This document shows, one piece after another, positions 1-12,390 of a stretch of DNA of 64,000 nucleotides. The notes under the pieces are model-generated. The model was not told the DNA's origin. It was given only the letters and a program-made list of their open reading frames with translations, and made no database searches. Source of the stretch: Octopus vulgaris (lineage: Eukaryota); contig OX597832.1 of assembly GCA_951406725.2 (NCBI GenBank), forward strand, positions 66,154,001-66,218,000, given 5' to 3'. The translations under genes and the position numbers were made by a program. Numbering within the stretch: the first letter of the stretch is position 1; each line of letters opens with the position of its first letter.

Positions 1-1130
1 CATAGAAACGATCTGTCGTGATAACATATTTATAACTAATTTAGCTTTAATCCATTTCAAAAGTGAAAAAAAATAAAACCGGGAAAATAAAGAGCTTGAA
101 ACGTGTTATGATGGGTGACAGAAAAGATAAGCACATCCCCCCAACACACAAGAAGAGCTAAAAGTTAAGACATTTCATTTTATGTGATTATTTCCAGAGC
201 CGTGATATCGTATGACTTGATTTTACGAAGTAGGCCGTGTTTTAATCAAATAAGACTCTTGATAGACCAAAGAATGAAGCGGAACAATGATGTTAATTTT
301 GCAAACTTTATTCATTCATATCATTCAGAATTAAACATAGGCGTGGGGGGGATGAAGATGTTTGATTTGGTTGCACACGGAGTGGTACAGAGTTTGATTT
401 GTATGTGAAACACAAGAGGCAAATTTAATATTTAGTCATTGTCGAGATCGTCATTGTCTTGTGAGCTATACTTGGTATACAGAACTTGTTTATTCGCTTT
501 CACTCACAAACAAACACAAACACTCACACATGCATATATATGTATGTCTAAAAGTTTAATCCAAAACCATAAGTCCAGAGACTACATATGAACTCTTCAT
601 TCTCCAACTGTCTGATCAGCTTCCTTTGAACTTCTCACCTCGAAAAATATATATCTATAAGCATTGCTTTAACTGAAGAAGTTTTATGTAATGAATGTAT
701 TTTTATATCACGCAAACCTGGAACCTACGTATTAAATTATTTCAATGCATCGCTATTTGGTTTCACTTCATTATTACTACTAATACGAATTAAAAATTAA
801 GAATTAAATAAAAATTAACCGGTCTTGACTCTATTTATGCGGATAATCTAGAAACGATTCGGAGACGTTTCATCCATTTGACGCAAGTACCCTGCAACGC
901 TTCTTAACGTTACACGAAATATTCATGCATACATGGACACACATAACACATACACACACACACACACACATACACACATATATTTCCAATGTGTTATGTA
1001 TGTGAGTATGTGTAAGTATTTGTATGTGTGAACATATTCATATATGTAGATATGTATATATATATGTATATTTTATCTATCTATCTACATATTTCTCTAC
1101 CATATTTTTATTTCTCTCTTATTCTCTCTC

Positions 1131-1196
<66 letters not shown>

Positions 1197-1365
1197 CATA
1201 TGTCTCACACGTATATCTTTACGTATGCCTCTTCGGTGTAAATTTCTTCATCTCCATAAGAATTTCTCAAATCCCATCCAATCAGGCAATCCCTTATTCA
1301 GTGGCGCAATATGTCCTATCTGTAAATACACTTGCTCAGTTCTGTCAAAATCATCGTTTCTCTTC

Positions 1366-1563
1366 TAGATACAAGGCTCTAAGTTTTGGGAGAGTGGGCC
1401 AGTCGATTAGATCGACGCCAGTACGTAACTGGTACTTAATTTATCGGCCCCGAATGGATTAAAGGCACTGTCGATTTCGGCGGAGTTTGAAATCACAACG
1501 TAAAGACAGACGAATACCGATAAGCATTTCGCCTGGCGTACTAACATTTCTGCCAGCTCACCG
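1366..1563 (-). mobile_element. tRNA-derived SINE, family A (abundant octopus-type SINE)
   Basis: Reverse complement matches the plus-strand copy at 50185-50403 (GAGCTGGCAGAAA..GTTAG..CGCCAGGCGAAATGCTTA head; CCTTT.ATCC.TTCGGGG.CGATAAATTAAGTACCAGTT core). Confidence 0.85.
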
Positions 1564-2526
1564 TTATTGTCCTTACAAAATTATGGAAGTAATTTAGTCG
1601 ATGGCAATGCTACAATTATTTCTGTTGAAGAGTCTTCTGGGGAGAGTCTACTAAATTCAGTTAGCCAGTCTTGCCATTTATCGAGTCACATTTTGGCCCT
1701 TGAATGAAGTTAAGCTCGGAAGCGCTTTACGGATAATTCGTCCATTATACGTCGAACTTACAATTATCTCCGTCAATTGAAAAAGAGGAATGTATATTTT
1801 AAAATACGTTGGTGGATTGTAGGGTATGAATTTTGTAATATTGAGTGTCTGTTTATAAAGAAAAGCAATTGCATGGATACCTCTCCCAAGAATGCAAGCC
1901 AGGTAAGGAAAATCAAGAAGAAACACTGACGTTTAACCGAGGTCACTCGGACATAAATATGAGAAAACTATGGTGTCTGCACTGAATGAATTTATTAAAA
2001 AAAAGTTTAAATTATCCTATCCCGTCCGATTGTTTTTGCCTCGTATCACAATGAATAATTCGGCTAAATAGTTAAATGTAGTGAGTAAAATTAATCCAAT
2101 CAATCCAATTAATTAATGACAGCAAAGTGGTAAAGAGAAGAAAACATCGCTTAAGTATTATTAATTAGTGTTTTCTTCTTCTTATAATATAAAGAATAGC
2201 GGTACGAACTTCACCGTTATCCTTCGTGCACATTGCGTCTCCGCTTAATTGGCGTCAGCAATTTATATCCCTCGGAGATGTTCATCTCAGCACTTTAACT
2301 TGATGAACTACAAGTTATATATACTGCGAAAATTATAGTTCCGTATCAGTGATGTAAAACTATGCCGAACGTATTTAAAGAGAAATTAGATTGGTCACAA
2401 AGACACACACATATACACACACACACAAACACACACAAAGCGAGAGAGAAAGTGAGAGAAACGGACTAACGCAAATGTGTGTGTGCAGACACAAACCAAC
2501 AAACACACTCACATACACATACGTAC

Positions 2527-2613
<87 letters not shown>

Positions 2614-2808
2614 AGTAGTTGAATGAATTAACTTATTAAGGATAATTCGAATTAACCGATACCTGGGTAGCAAATTCACATCAGAAAAAAACACGGTTGA
2701 AGTTACGTGCCTAGGGCATAGATTACGTGCTTTCGTGTGGAAATTTGTATGTTTATTTTAAAAATATAAATATATGAAAGAATGGAGCTGAACGACAAAT
2801 TAGCAAAA

Positions 2809-2907
2809 TTCCTTTATTTTCGACACATGTTTCGAAGGCTGCATATTCCTAATTGCGAAGGAATAAGGAGTACATTATGCCGCTTTCTCATCAGGAAAAG
2901 CAAGGAA
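2809..2907 (-). ncRNA. Type I hammerhead ribozyme in the PLE pseudo-LTR
   Basis: Minus strand reads UUCCUUGCUUUUC-CUGAUGA-GAAAGCGGCAUA...UAUGCAGCCUUC-GAAA-C AUGU G-UC^GAAAAUAAAGGAA. The core is intact. Stem I is 11 bp with a 2x2 internal loop, stem II is 10/12 bp plus an apical hairpin, and the cleavage triplet is GUC. Confidence 0.85.
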
Positions 2908-3496
2908 CTTATGTCAACATCAAAATGCACAAAAAACTTTTAGATGATTGCTCACACGGAGCCCATAGCTATAATGAATGTCTCTTTAAAATATTCCTTT
3001 ATTAGGAGTGACGTCAAAGTGGTTGAATGTAGAAGAATCTAGAAGGTTCTAAGGGTTCAAGGGTTCAAACGAAGTTGGAGGAGAGAGGCATAAGAATAGG
3101 AAGGTGAAAGGGTGTAGGTCATATGAATGGTGGATTTTGTTAATTTCTTTTGTGAATGAGTGCCTGTGTGTGTGTGACTGTATATAACTGCATTAATGTG
3201 TGTGTGTATGTGTATGCGTGATTGTGTATGGATGGGTAGATGTCAGAAAACAGACAGTGGTGAGGTGAGAGGTTTGTGTCTGTGAGTTTGATTGTGCTTA
3301 CTATAGAAAGAGGGAAATAGAGAGAGAAAGAGAGAGAAAGAGGAGGGCGAGGTAGAGGGACTAAGGCAACACATACCTCACTGGATTGGGTAGTAGTTCT
3401 TTGAAAGTATAAAAAAAATTTTTTGACTATGGGGGTGACATATATAAAAAAGAAGTTATATTAATTAAAAATTCAAGGGGTTAACTATATTAATCA

Positions 3497-4985
3497 TTAT
3501 TCATATGAGTGAAAGGTGTGTTCTTGCCAGTGCATGCACCTGTAGGATCTCTCGACGATTGTATTTATTAAAGGGACTTTGACGAACAAAATATGAAAAA
3601 GTTCGGAATTACAGATGCCACAAAGTTTTCTGCCCTTATCAAACGGAAATGACACCGACAATATGGACCATTCCAGCTTGAAAATTGTATTGTTGTCCTT
3701 CAGACGCCAAACTAATTTACTTAGTCCCGTGCTCTGTTGTTGTCTCTTATCTCGGAAAGTTGAATAATAATTGGAGATCCTTTGGGCTAATTTAGACGAG
3801 GTTGCTCCAATGTAGAAGAAGTCATTGGTTCCAGAATATCGTCGGCAATTTCTCTGACTATAGGAATGCTGTGATTGTTATCATCAATAATACAACTGTT
3901 ATTAGAAATGCTGTTACTATTACCACAAACACCACCACTGTTAATAATCCGGCTAATGTTATTATCATTATTACTATTTTTAACGCCAATGCTGCTATGA
4001 ATGTTGCTAATATCAATACTATTTCTATTATTATTATTATTGTATGTTAGGTTGGAATTGGTAAGGGCAGTGTCGCTACTCCTGGGTTATGAGTCCTTAT
4101 TAAGCAGCTTATTATTATGGGAGGCAATTATCTGCGATAGATTTCTAGTGTTGGAGAATGCAATCCTCACCTTATGCGAATTGATAGTAGAGTAATACCT
4201 AGAATTCCTGGGAAAGTTCCTAGCTACGGCTTCACGGAACTGTAAAGGGAGGTTAGACCTGATTTGTTTCCCGAAAGGAATGACAAACCAGATATAGTTT
4301 TTTTTTACTTAGAATGGCTCAGAGTGTTAACATTTACATTAAAAGGGAGTATTTCTGTGTTGTAGAATTGGTGTTGGTTTTCGATTGCCTCCCTGGTCCG
4401 TAATTTATTTTTGTTTATTATATTAGTGTCGACGTTGCTAGAGCTGAAATCATTAATTACATTATTTCTATTGTTATTAGTTTTCTTATGCTGAGAAGCA
4501 AATATTAGTTTAGAATGGGCCGGGTCGATATATGATACCTTACCCCTATAACCGGCTTTTGACCAGGCGGCATTATAAAATTCCGCTTTTTGTTTAAAAA
4601 TGTCGACATTCGCAGAAAAATTTGATAGTCTTCAGGATATATTTTTAACTAAATTATCGGTGATAGTTTTTGCATGGTTACTGAAAATGCTGACATATTT
4701 AAGGTTAGTAGAAGGCTTATGGTAAGGGAAGTAAGAATTGTTATGCAGATTTAGGGTAACATCTAAGAAGTTGGCTTCAGTTAGTTCGTCGTCGAAAACC
4801 ATGCTCATGCCCATTCTGCTAAAGAATCTAGCTAATCTGTTTTTATTCTTCTGTATCATACTGTTCGGAGCATTCTGTAGGTAAAATAGACAATCGTCTC
4901 GATACAGACCGCCGCAGATGTCAGAAAATTGGTCGGCTAATTCATAGAGAATATAGATTCCGACCAAATCGGCTATCCTTCCCAA
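3497..4985 (-). pseudogene. Disrupted PLE reverse transcriptase / GIY-YIG endonuclease ORF (3' part)
   Basis: Translates to IADLVGIYIL..GGLYRDDCL (RT catalytic motif), NFLDVTLNL..YFPYHKP..YVSIFSNH (thumb), YIWFVIPFG..NFP, and FFYIGATS..RIS..STGLSKLVWRLKD..LEWSI..LCGICNSE..CMHW..YE* (GIY-YIG and C-terminal Cys/His). Internal stops and an Asn-rich linker are present. Confidence 0.9.
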
Positions 4986-5074
4986 TTAGGAATATGCAGC
5001 CTTCGAAACATATGTCGAAATTAAAGGAATTTTGTTAATTCGTCATTCAGCTCCATTCTTTCATGTAATTTATA

Positions 5075-5077
<3 letters not shown>
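4983..5077 (+). repeat. Inverted partial pseudo-LTR copy containing only the 3' half of the hammerhead
   Basis: CAATTAGGAATATGCAGCCTTCGAAACATATGTCGAAATTAAAGGAATTTTG...CAGCTCCATTCTTTCAT is the near reverse complement of 2762-2855. Confidence 0.9.
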
Positions 5078-5132
<55 letters not shown>

Positions 5133-5292
5133 TTATATATATATATATAAATATATGCATATATATGTATGTATATATATATATATATATATATACATAC
5201 ATACATATATATATGTCTCTGTTTGTGTGTATGTATGTATGTATGCATGTATGTATGTATGTGTATATACATCTATATGTATATATATGTAA

Positions 5293-5323
<31 letters not shown>

Positions 5324-5370
5324 TGCGTAAAGATATTTTGGGTGTGAATGTATATATATATACCTATCTA

Positions 5371-5500
<130 letters not shown>

Positions 5501-5578
5501 AATGAGGTAATCAGATCGGATGGTTCATTGTTATAGATATTTATTTATATATTACATTTTTTACATATATATCATATC

Positions 5579-5626
5579 ATTCGGATTAGCGCTTTCTCCC
5601 AATCCAGTGGGGTTTTCAAATCAAAT
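5579..5626 (-). ncRNA. Candidate minimal hammerhead with U3-A8 core variant
   Basis: Minus strand reads AUUUGAU-UUGAAAA-C CCCA CUGGAU UGGG A-GAAA-GCGC-UA^AUCCGAAU. It has a palindromic GCGC loop III and a 4-bp stem II, and lies about 90 bp from a (TA)n tract. Confidence 0.45.
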
Positions 5627-5753
5627 CAATTCCTTTGTGGGGAATTTGAACATTTTATAGTTTCGTAGTAGTGGGGAGGAATAAGACAGTATAAAAGGGT
5701 GAGGAGGAAGTGAGACAGAGAAAACATGAGTGTATGTGTATGTGTGTGTGTGT

Positions 5754-5789
<36 letters not shown>

Positions 5790-6240
5790 TTGTATCTGAG
5801 AGGGAAGAAGAAGTATTATTTCCGTTGGCCTACTGGACCTCCTGTGGTTTTCTAAGAATTTTGGCTCTGCTCTCTGTCCAGTCTCGTGTCACTGAGTGTG
5901 TGTTGTGCGTAGGCTGGCCGGACAAATGTCATTTGGGGTCACACTTTCTATGATCGTTTTGTGGAGGTGTGTGTGTGTGTGTGTGTGTCCGTGTGTGTTT
6001 TTGTGTGTGTGTGTCTCTGTGTGTTTGGAGAAGAAGAGAGAGAAAGAAAGAGAAAAGGGAAAATAAAAATAAAAATAATAAAAAAATATAAAAAAATATA
6101 AAAATAAAAAAATAAAATATAAAAAAATAAATAAAAAATAAATAAAAATAAGGGATGAGGTGGAGAAGAAGAAAAAAATATTTTTCTGTGTTGATATTTA
6201 TACCAGTACATATATATATACACACACAGACTTATACATA

Positions 6241-6356
6241 AAATATTTGAAAAAACCTTTTTATCGGTTCAAAATGAACAACCAAGTTACACCATCTTGA
6301 AAATTGTATGTCATAGGAAAGTTAAAATTAAAGTGACAATTAAAGGTAAAGATGGA
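6241..6356. repeat. Unclassified interspersed repeat (second copy at 9783-9898)
   Basis: Both copies share CCTTTT..TTCAAAATGAA.AA..AA.TTACACCATCT.GAAAATT..AT...ATAG.AAAGTTAAAATTAAA.T.ACAATTAAA..TAAAGAT. Confidence 0.7.
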
Positions 6357-6516
6357 AGTAAATTATAAAGATAATAATATAATATAATGTATATAACAAG
6401 CAATACACATATCTATACACACACAGATATATATATATATATATATATACACATACAGACATATACTAAATGTTCTACTATATTAGATTGTAAATCAAAA
6501 GATGTGTCCTTCAATG

Positions 6517-6547
<31 letters not shown>

Positions 6548-6556
6548 GATATATAT

Positions 6557-6595
<39 letters not shown>

Positions 6596-6777
6596 ATATA
6601 TATAGTTATATATCTTGAAAATTATATATCATAGGAATATATTAGAATGATAGTTATATATATATATATATAAATGCAAAGACAATATAATGGGTGTAAA
6701 ATACACACACATATATATATATACCTACTATATCTATCTATCTATCATATTCTAAATCTCTTCTCTCTCTCTCTATG

Positions 6778-6812
<35 letters not shown>

Positions 6813-7907
6813 TTGAGAGAGAGAGAGAGATATTGTTATATGTGTGCGTGCGTGCGTGTCTATATGTATCTATACGGAGAGCAAAAGAGAGAGGTTAGAA
6901 AGAAAGAAGCAAGCAAAGAGATAAAAAAAGGAAATAAAGGGTAGAATAAGGGAGAGATTATATATATTCTTAGCACACGCATAAATATATAATCGGTAAA
7001 CAAGATCGAGAAAATAGAACTCGAATAACAAATGTAAAGTAAAATATAATCTTTTGTTGCAGCTGAAAATTTACAAAAGTTGTTAATCTGTGTTTCATGT
7101 AATCGATCATCAGGAAGAAGTAAGCTAAATCTTCTTTTTAGTATTGCGGTGTGGATTTCTTGTTAAAGACTCAAATATTTAAAAGATCTTCGAACACTTG
7201 ATTCTAATACTTAACATATTTTGGATTCTGTTGGATATTACGACTGATTTTTGATGAAAGGTAATATGAACTTCAATATGATTGAACTAAAATTAAGTAA
7301 AACGTGTTAAAAGCCCGATGCCTGGCTATATACAAATAGCTTTGCTATTTATAACCAAAGACACATTATTGGGAGGATCCTCATTAAGATTTTAAGAATC
7401 ATAGAATATATATATATATATATTTTAAGTAATGGGTAGAGATAATAATAATGGGTACATAATAGAAATTGAAACATAGACACATAAGCAGTAGAAAGAA
7501 GGAAACAAAGAAATTAATGAATGCATTTACTACGTAGAAAGGAAAGTGAAAACAGTTTGTGCAAGAAAATTTCAATCTGATTCAGAGAAATGGAGCTAAA
7601 TGGAAGTACCAGCTAATGCATTTAAATACGTAATGTTTTCCTTTCTCATTCATTATTAGCAAAATGATGTATGTTGTCGATGCTCATTCGGATGGGCGGA
7701 TTAATTCTATATCACACTGTCCTATACTTGATGTATTTCGAGACTAGTATATACATACATACATACATACTTACACACACACACACACATACACACACAT
7801 ACATATATATATATACATACATACACACACATATATACATACATACACACAAACACACACATATATACATATATATATAGAGAGAGAGAGGGAGACAAAG
7901 GGGTATA

Positions 7908-8299
7908 AGCGTGGCTGCGTGATAGGAAACTTGCTTCTCAATCACATGGTTATGGGTTCGGCTCAGTAGCGTGACACCTCACTCAAATGTATTCTAGTAT
8001 GTCCTGGGGCCGACCAAACACTTGTGACTGGACTTAGTAGATGGACACTGAAAGACGCAGTCGCATATGTGTGTGTGTGTGTTTGTGTGTGCTTTTGTGT
8101 CTGTGTTTGTCCCCGTTACCACATGACCACCGGTGTTGCGTATACATCCCCGTAATTTGGTGGCTCTGCAGGAGAAATCCATAGTCTGTTACCAGGTTTG
8201 AAATAATGTAGTGGTGTCGATTCACTCGACTAAGGATTCTTCAAGACGGTACCTCAGCTTGGCCGTAGTCTATTTGCTGAAACAAGAAGTTAAAAGATA
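7908..8299 (+). mobile_element. tRNA-derived SINE, family B (internal (TG)n)
   Basis: GTGGCTGCGTGATAGG..CTTGCTT..CACATGGTT..GGTTC head; GGGCCGACCAAA..CTTGTGA.TGGA core; tail shared with 59620-59835 and, inverted, with 17085-17260. Confidence 0.75.
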
Positions 8300-8337
8300 C
8301 AAATACAAACACACACACACATATATATTCACACACA

Positions 8338-9541
8338 TACTGGAAGTACATAGCTACCCCATAAAATATCGTTTCTGTTTATTCTAACTTGTAAAGATTT
8401 ATATTTCTTATCAATTGACATTTTTGTTTCAGATTCTATATGTGACTGTTTAATCATGCCATATTCAAAAGAAGATTTGGAACTGTCTGAATTTCAAAGA
8501 GGCCGTATTGTAGGTCATTCTGAAGGCGGATATAGTCAGCGTAAAATCATAGAAAACCTTGGGAATCCTGCTTTCTACAGGTAATAGAGTGATTGTGCAA
8601 TTCACCAGAGAAGGGGAAGGAGTCTACATCACCTTGACAACCAGAGCTCTCTTACAGGACCCTTCTCTTTACTAAGAAATATGTGGAGGTTTATCCTCGT
8701 TGCAAGACATCTGACATAGCAGAGCAAGTTGATATCAGTCCCAGAACAGCTGTCATGTATCTCCATAAACTTGGTTAATATGGCAGAGTAGGAAGAAGAA
8801 AGCCACATCTTTGACCAGCCAATATGAGGCGGAGAAAAAGCGGGGCCAGTGAGATGGTGGAGAGCCCATTAGCATTTTGGGATACTGACATATTTTCTGA
8901 TGTGTCCAGATTTGCTGTATTTTCCTAACAGTGGTCGAGTGTGGGTCTAGAGACCATCTGATCAAGAATTTGATGTGAAAACATTCCAACCAGCAATGAA
9001 ACACAGCAGCTATTCTGTGATGCTTTGGGGGACAATTTGGAGCAATCGTTGATCACAGCTGGTGGAGTTTGAGGGAAAGATAAACTCATATAAATATGTG
9101 TCCATATTGCAGAAAGGACTTCTTCCAAACTTTTCCAGTGGGGAAATGATTAATGAAGACTCTCTATTTATGGAAGATGGGATTCCTTGTCACACTGTTA
9201 AAAGGGCCCTAGTTTGTTGGAAAAGAATGACACCAAAGAGATTCTATAGCCAAGCCAGTTAGCAGATATGAACCCTAGAGAACACCTCTGGAGCATATTG
9301 GACAGGACATTTCATAAACAGGCATAATGGACAGGACATTTCATAAACAGAACAAAAAAGCATCTTCAAAGCCAGATCGTTCGCGATTATTGCAGGAAAC
9401 TTTGGAAAATGCAAAGAGAATGTCTACTAAATATTAAATGTTCACATTATAACAATCAATAAAATAATTTAAATGTATAAATTCAGATTTAAATAAATTT
9501 GAATGATTATAAGGGTGAATATTTACTTCTTTCATGTCTGT
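8338..9541 (+). mobile_element. Decayed Tc1-family DNA transposon
   Basis: ATG at 8456 gives [31 protein letters not shown] (Tc1 HTH). Later frames give IFSDVSRF, KINSYKYVSIL, LFMEDGIPCH and DMNPREHLWSIL (DDE triad). Degenerate TIRs: GAAGTACATAGCTACCCC vs reverse complement GAAGTAAATATTCACCCT. The right end is CTGTA. Many frameshifts and stops. Confidence 0.9.
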
Positions 9542-9616
9542 ATACACACACACACACACACACATACACATATATATATATATATATATATATATGCATA
9601 TATATATATACGTATG

Positions 9617-9898
<282 letters not shown>

Positions 9899-9921
9899 CT
9901 TGTAAGTTTGGTTTTTATTCC

Positions 9922-9985
<64 letters not shown>

Positions 9986-10002
9986 AATCCTTTCTGCAAA
10001 AA

Positions 10003-10198
10003 GCGAAAGGCCTGAAATCAGAGGCGAAAGGACCAATCGATTACGTCAACCCTGTGAACATGTTGGGCTTATTTCATCGAACGCGAATGACTGGAAAGTA
10101 ACGTCAACTGCAGGGGACTTTCAACTGCATAAAGACGAGTCAAATACTGTTAAGCATATTATCCAGCGTTGTAACAACTATGGCATCTCGCTACCTTA
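10003..10198 (-). mobile_element. SINE family A, diverged
   Basis: AAGGCCTGAAAT..TCGATTAC.TC.ACCC..GTAAGCAT.TT..CCAGCG..GTAAC pattern, as in 1366-1563. Confidence 0.65.
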
Positions 10199-10899
10199 CA
10201 ATGTATATAGACAAAAGTAGATAAGTACATTAACATATTGCACATTATATTAAACCGTTATAAACAAGATGTACAAGCACGAATATGATGAGCAACATAG
10301 AATCTTCCGGACAGGATATCTTCTTTCAAATCATATACAATTTGGTGTGTAAAGCAATAGATAATTTATGGAAATAATATTAGTCAGAAACTTGATTGGA
10401 TATTGAGAATTATTTTCACTGCCTTAGTATTTAATGACTGTGTTGTTAGTTGTTGCTTTGGTCTTATTTTCATTACAAATCGGCCATCTATATAAATTTG
10501 TGATCAAAGGCGCTCTAGACATGAGTACAATTTATAGGTCTTTACACTATATACTTAAGATCTGTTGTAGATATTTCAGAGCGTTTAAGATGTCTACCTC
10601 GTTATTATGAGATCCAGATATCGATCCGCAGTTTCCCAATGTAGACGAGGGATTTCACTCAAGTCAGAATTAAAACAATTTATTATAAATGAAAACAGTG
10701 AACAAAACAATGTTTTGTTCGATGGATTGTGACTGTAATTCTATGCGCGTGCCATGTTTACATGTTTACATGTTTACACGTTACAAATATTAGTCTTTGT
10801 GTAATTACGGAATCCAGCGTATATTCATGGGAGCCTATGGCTTTTATACATAATGTTGATATATTGAATATAATTGACGTCCAAGGAAGGAATCATCCA

Positions 10900-11400
10900 G
10901 GGTAAAGGTTTGGCGTAGTTAGTCACGCTTGAAATTTCGAAGTATGAATTGTTGTATGTGTATGCAGGAGAATATGGTTTCTTCCTTAATATTAAAATAT
11001 ACACTGTCGATGTTATGAAATTTAGTTTTCCAGTAATGCAGGGCTCGCATTTGCTGCCACATCTCCTGTATTTACCGGACTTAGCAATAATTCTCCAGTT
11101 TATATGGCGATTGCTCACACTCCACTCTTTAAGTATCCATATCATATTGTATAAAGATGTTACTTTGTTTATCTCTGAACGAAGTAAGATGCTGTGTATA
11201 TCTTTCTTTGAAGGTGCTTTTCTCATTTTAATGTAAGTATTGTTGTTTCGTTCAAATGCGAAATGCTGCTCTTGTACACTAATTCGGTTACCGGGTAACT
11301 GTTGTTAAGGGAACAACTTCACAGAGATCTACAATTACAGGATCTTGGAGGGATATTCCATACGTTGCATTTTTTTCCTATGTTTGAAAATGATCTGCCC
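10900..11400 (-). mobile_element. Penelope-like element fragment (GIY-YIG endonuclease region)
   Basis: Minus frames give PRSCNCRS..CSL..ELVYKS..TYI..KERYTQHLTSFR and IWILKEW..INWRII..KCEPCITGKLNFI. These match the C-terminus of the PLE at 3497-4985. Confidence 0.8.
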
Positions 11401-11719
11401 ATTGTTAGGGAGGCAACTATAATTAACTTTGACCGATTTCTGTTGAGGCTATTCTGGAATTATTTGAGTGTGGGAAGTGGTTATCACTATCTAAGTGGAT
11501 ATCAATGTTCATATCTAGAGTCATGCTGTCACTAGGTTAATACAAGGGAGACAATAATAAAGATCTCTTTATAAGTTATCTTCCGTGATCTCTATATTCA
11601 TTTACCCCATAATGAGGTACAGTCTCGTGTATTCGCAGCCCAAATAGAGAGTACCAATGTTCCAAAGCTGCAGACATGAAATGAGATCCTTCATCACATT
11701 AAAACCGTTGTTAAGTTTT

Positions 11720-12270
11720 TTCTTTCTTTCTCTCTCTTTTTCCTTTTTCTTGAAGAGCGTCGGCTCGAAATGGAAAAGACTTGTTTCATTTTCCCGAGAG
11801 TCAAACTAGTACAAATGCTTGTTCTTCATACACCAGTCTTCGTGTTTATTTTTCTATACATTTCAACTATATATTATTATACGCTCACATTTTACCCCTG
11901 TTTGATCTTCATTTATCTTCCTACTCTTTGGACTTGCATATTTGAACCATTTCCCGAACTTTCCGCACCTTTCCTACTTTCCTAATGCGTATACCAGCAC
12001 CCTACCAGGTTTACCACTGGATGTACTGACCCTATCGCCATGGATTCCACTGGAATTTTAAATGGAATTGTCTGTGACTCTTCCACTTTATATCATCCTT
12101 CTACCTATCTTCTGTTCTACTTCTAATGTTCTCTCTTTTGTCCGTCTTCCCTTCTGTGGTCTTTTTCTATATTTCTGATGAAGAGCTCCGTTCGAAACGT
12201 GAAATCCTCTGTACTTATTCTATGTCGTCGCGTTGTTGTTTTTTCTTGCTTTTTCTTGTTTGGATTGAAT
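11720..12270 (+). mobile_element. Non-coding repeat carrying two tandem hammerhead-like motifs (probable PLE pseudo-LTR derivative)
   Basis: Motifs at 11742-11780 (TGAAGAGCGTCGGCTCGAAA) and 12171-12205. Downstream flanks are similar to 17440-17545, 30462-30553 and 50627-50710. The repeat ends at (TA)n. Confidence 0.6.
12171..12205 (+). ncRNA. Minimal type I hammerhead-like motif
   Basis: AUUU-CUGAUGA-A-GAGC UCC GUUC-GAAA-CG-UG-AAAU. Stems I and II pair. The GUG triplet is probably not cleavable in this copy. Confidence 0.6.
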
Positions 12271-12390
12271 ATATATATATATATGTATGTATGTATGTAT
12301 ATATAGTAAGGATGCTTTACGTTAGAAATAGATAAAGACGCTCAAGTCAGGACATATTTGTTGATATATCAATTTAATATTAATCAACTT

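Larger units (their letters stand above)
2611..5078 (-). mobile_element. Penelope-like retroelement, 5'-truncated, with inverted partial pseudo-LTR, flanked by (TA)n on both sides
   Basis: Minus-strand RT/GIY-YIG coding remnants. Inverted repeat of about 94 bp at 2762-2855 / 4983-5077. (TA)n runs end at 2610 and resume at 5079. Confidence 0.9.

Noticed and set aside
7063-7119. Short AG/GT-bounded segments (also donors at about 1901, 20769 and 57834)
   Set aside because: Splice-like motifs are frequent by chance in AT-rich DNA, and the peptides are unrecognisable.
10610-10670. Possible hammerhead downstream of the second PLE fragment (minus strand, CCC..GGG AAAC UGCGG)
   Set aside because: The CUGANGA box and stem I cannot be assigned without several edits.
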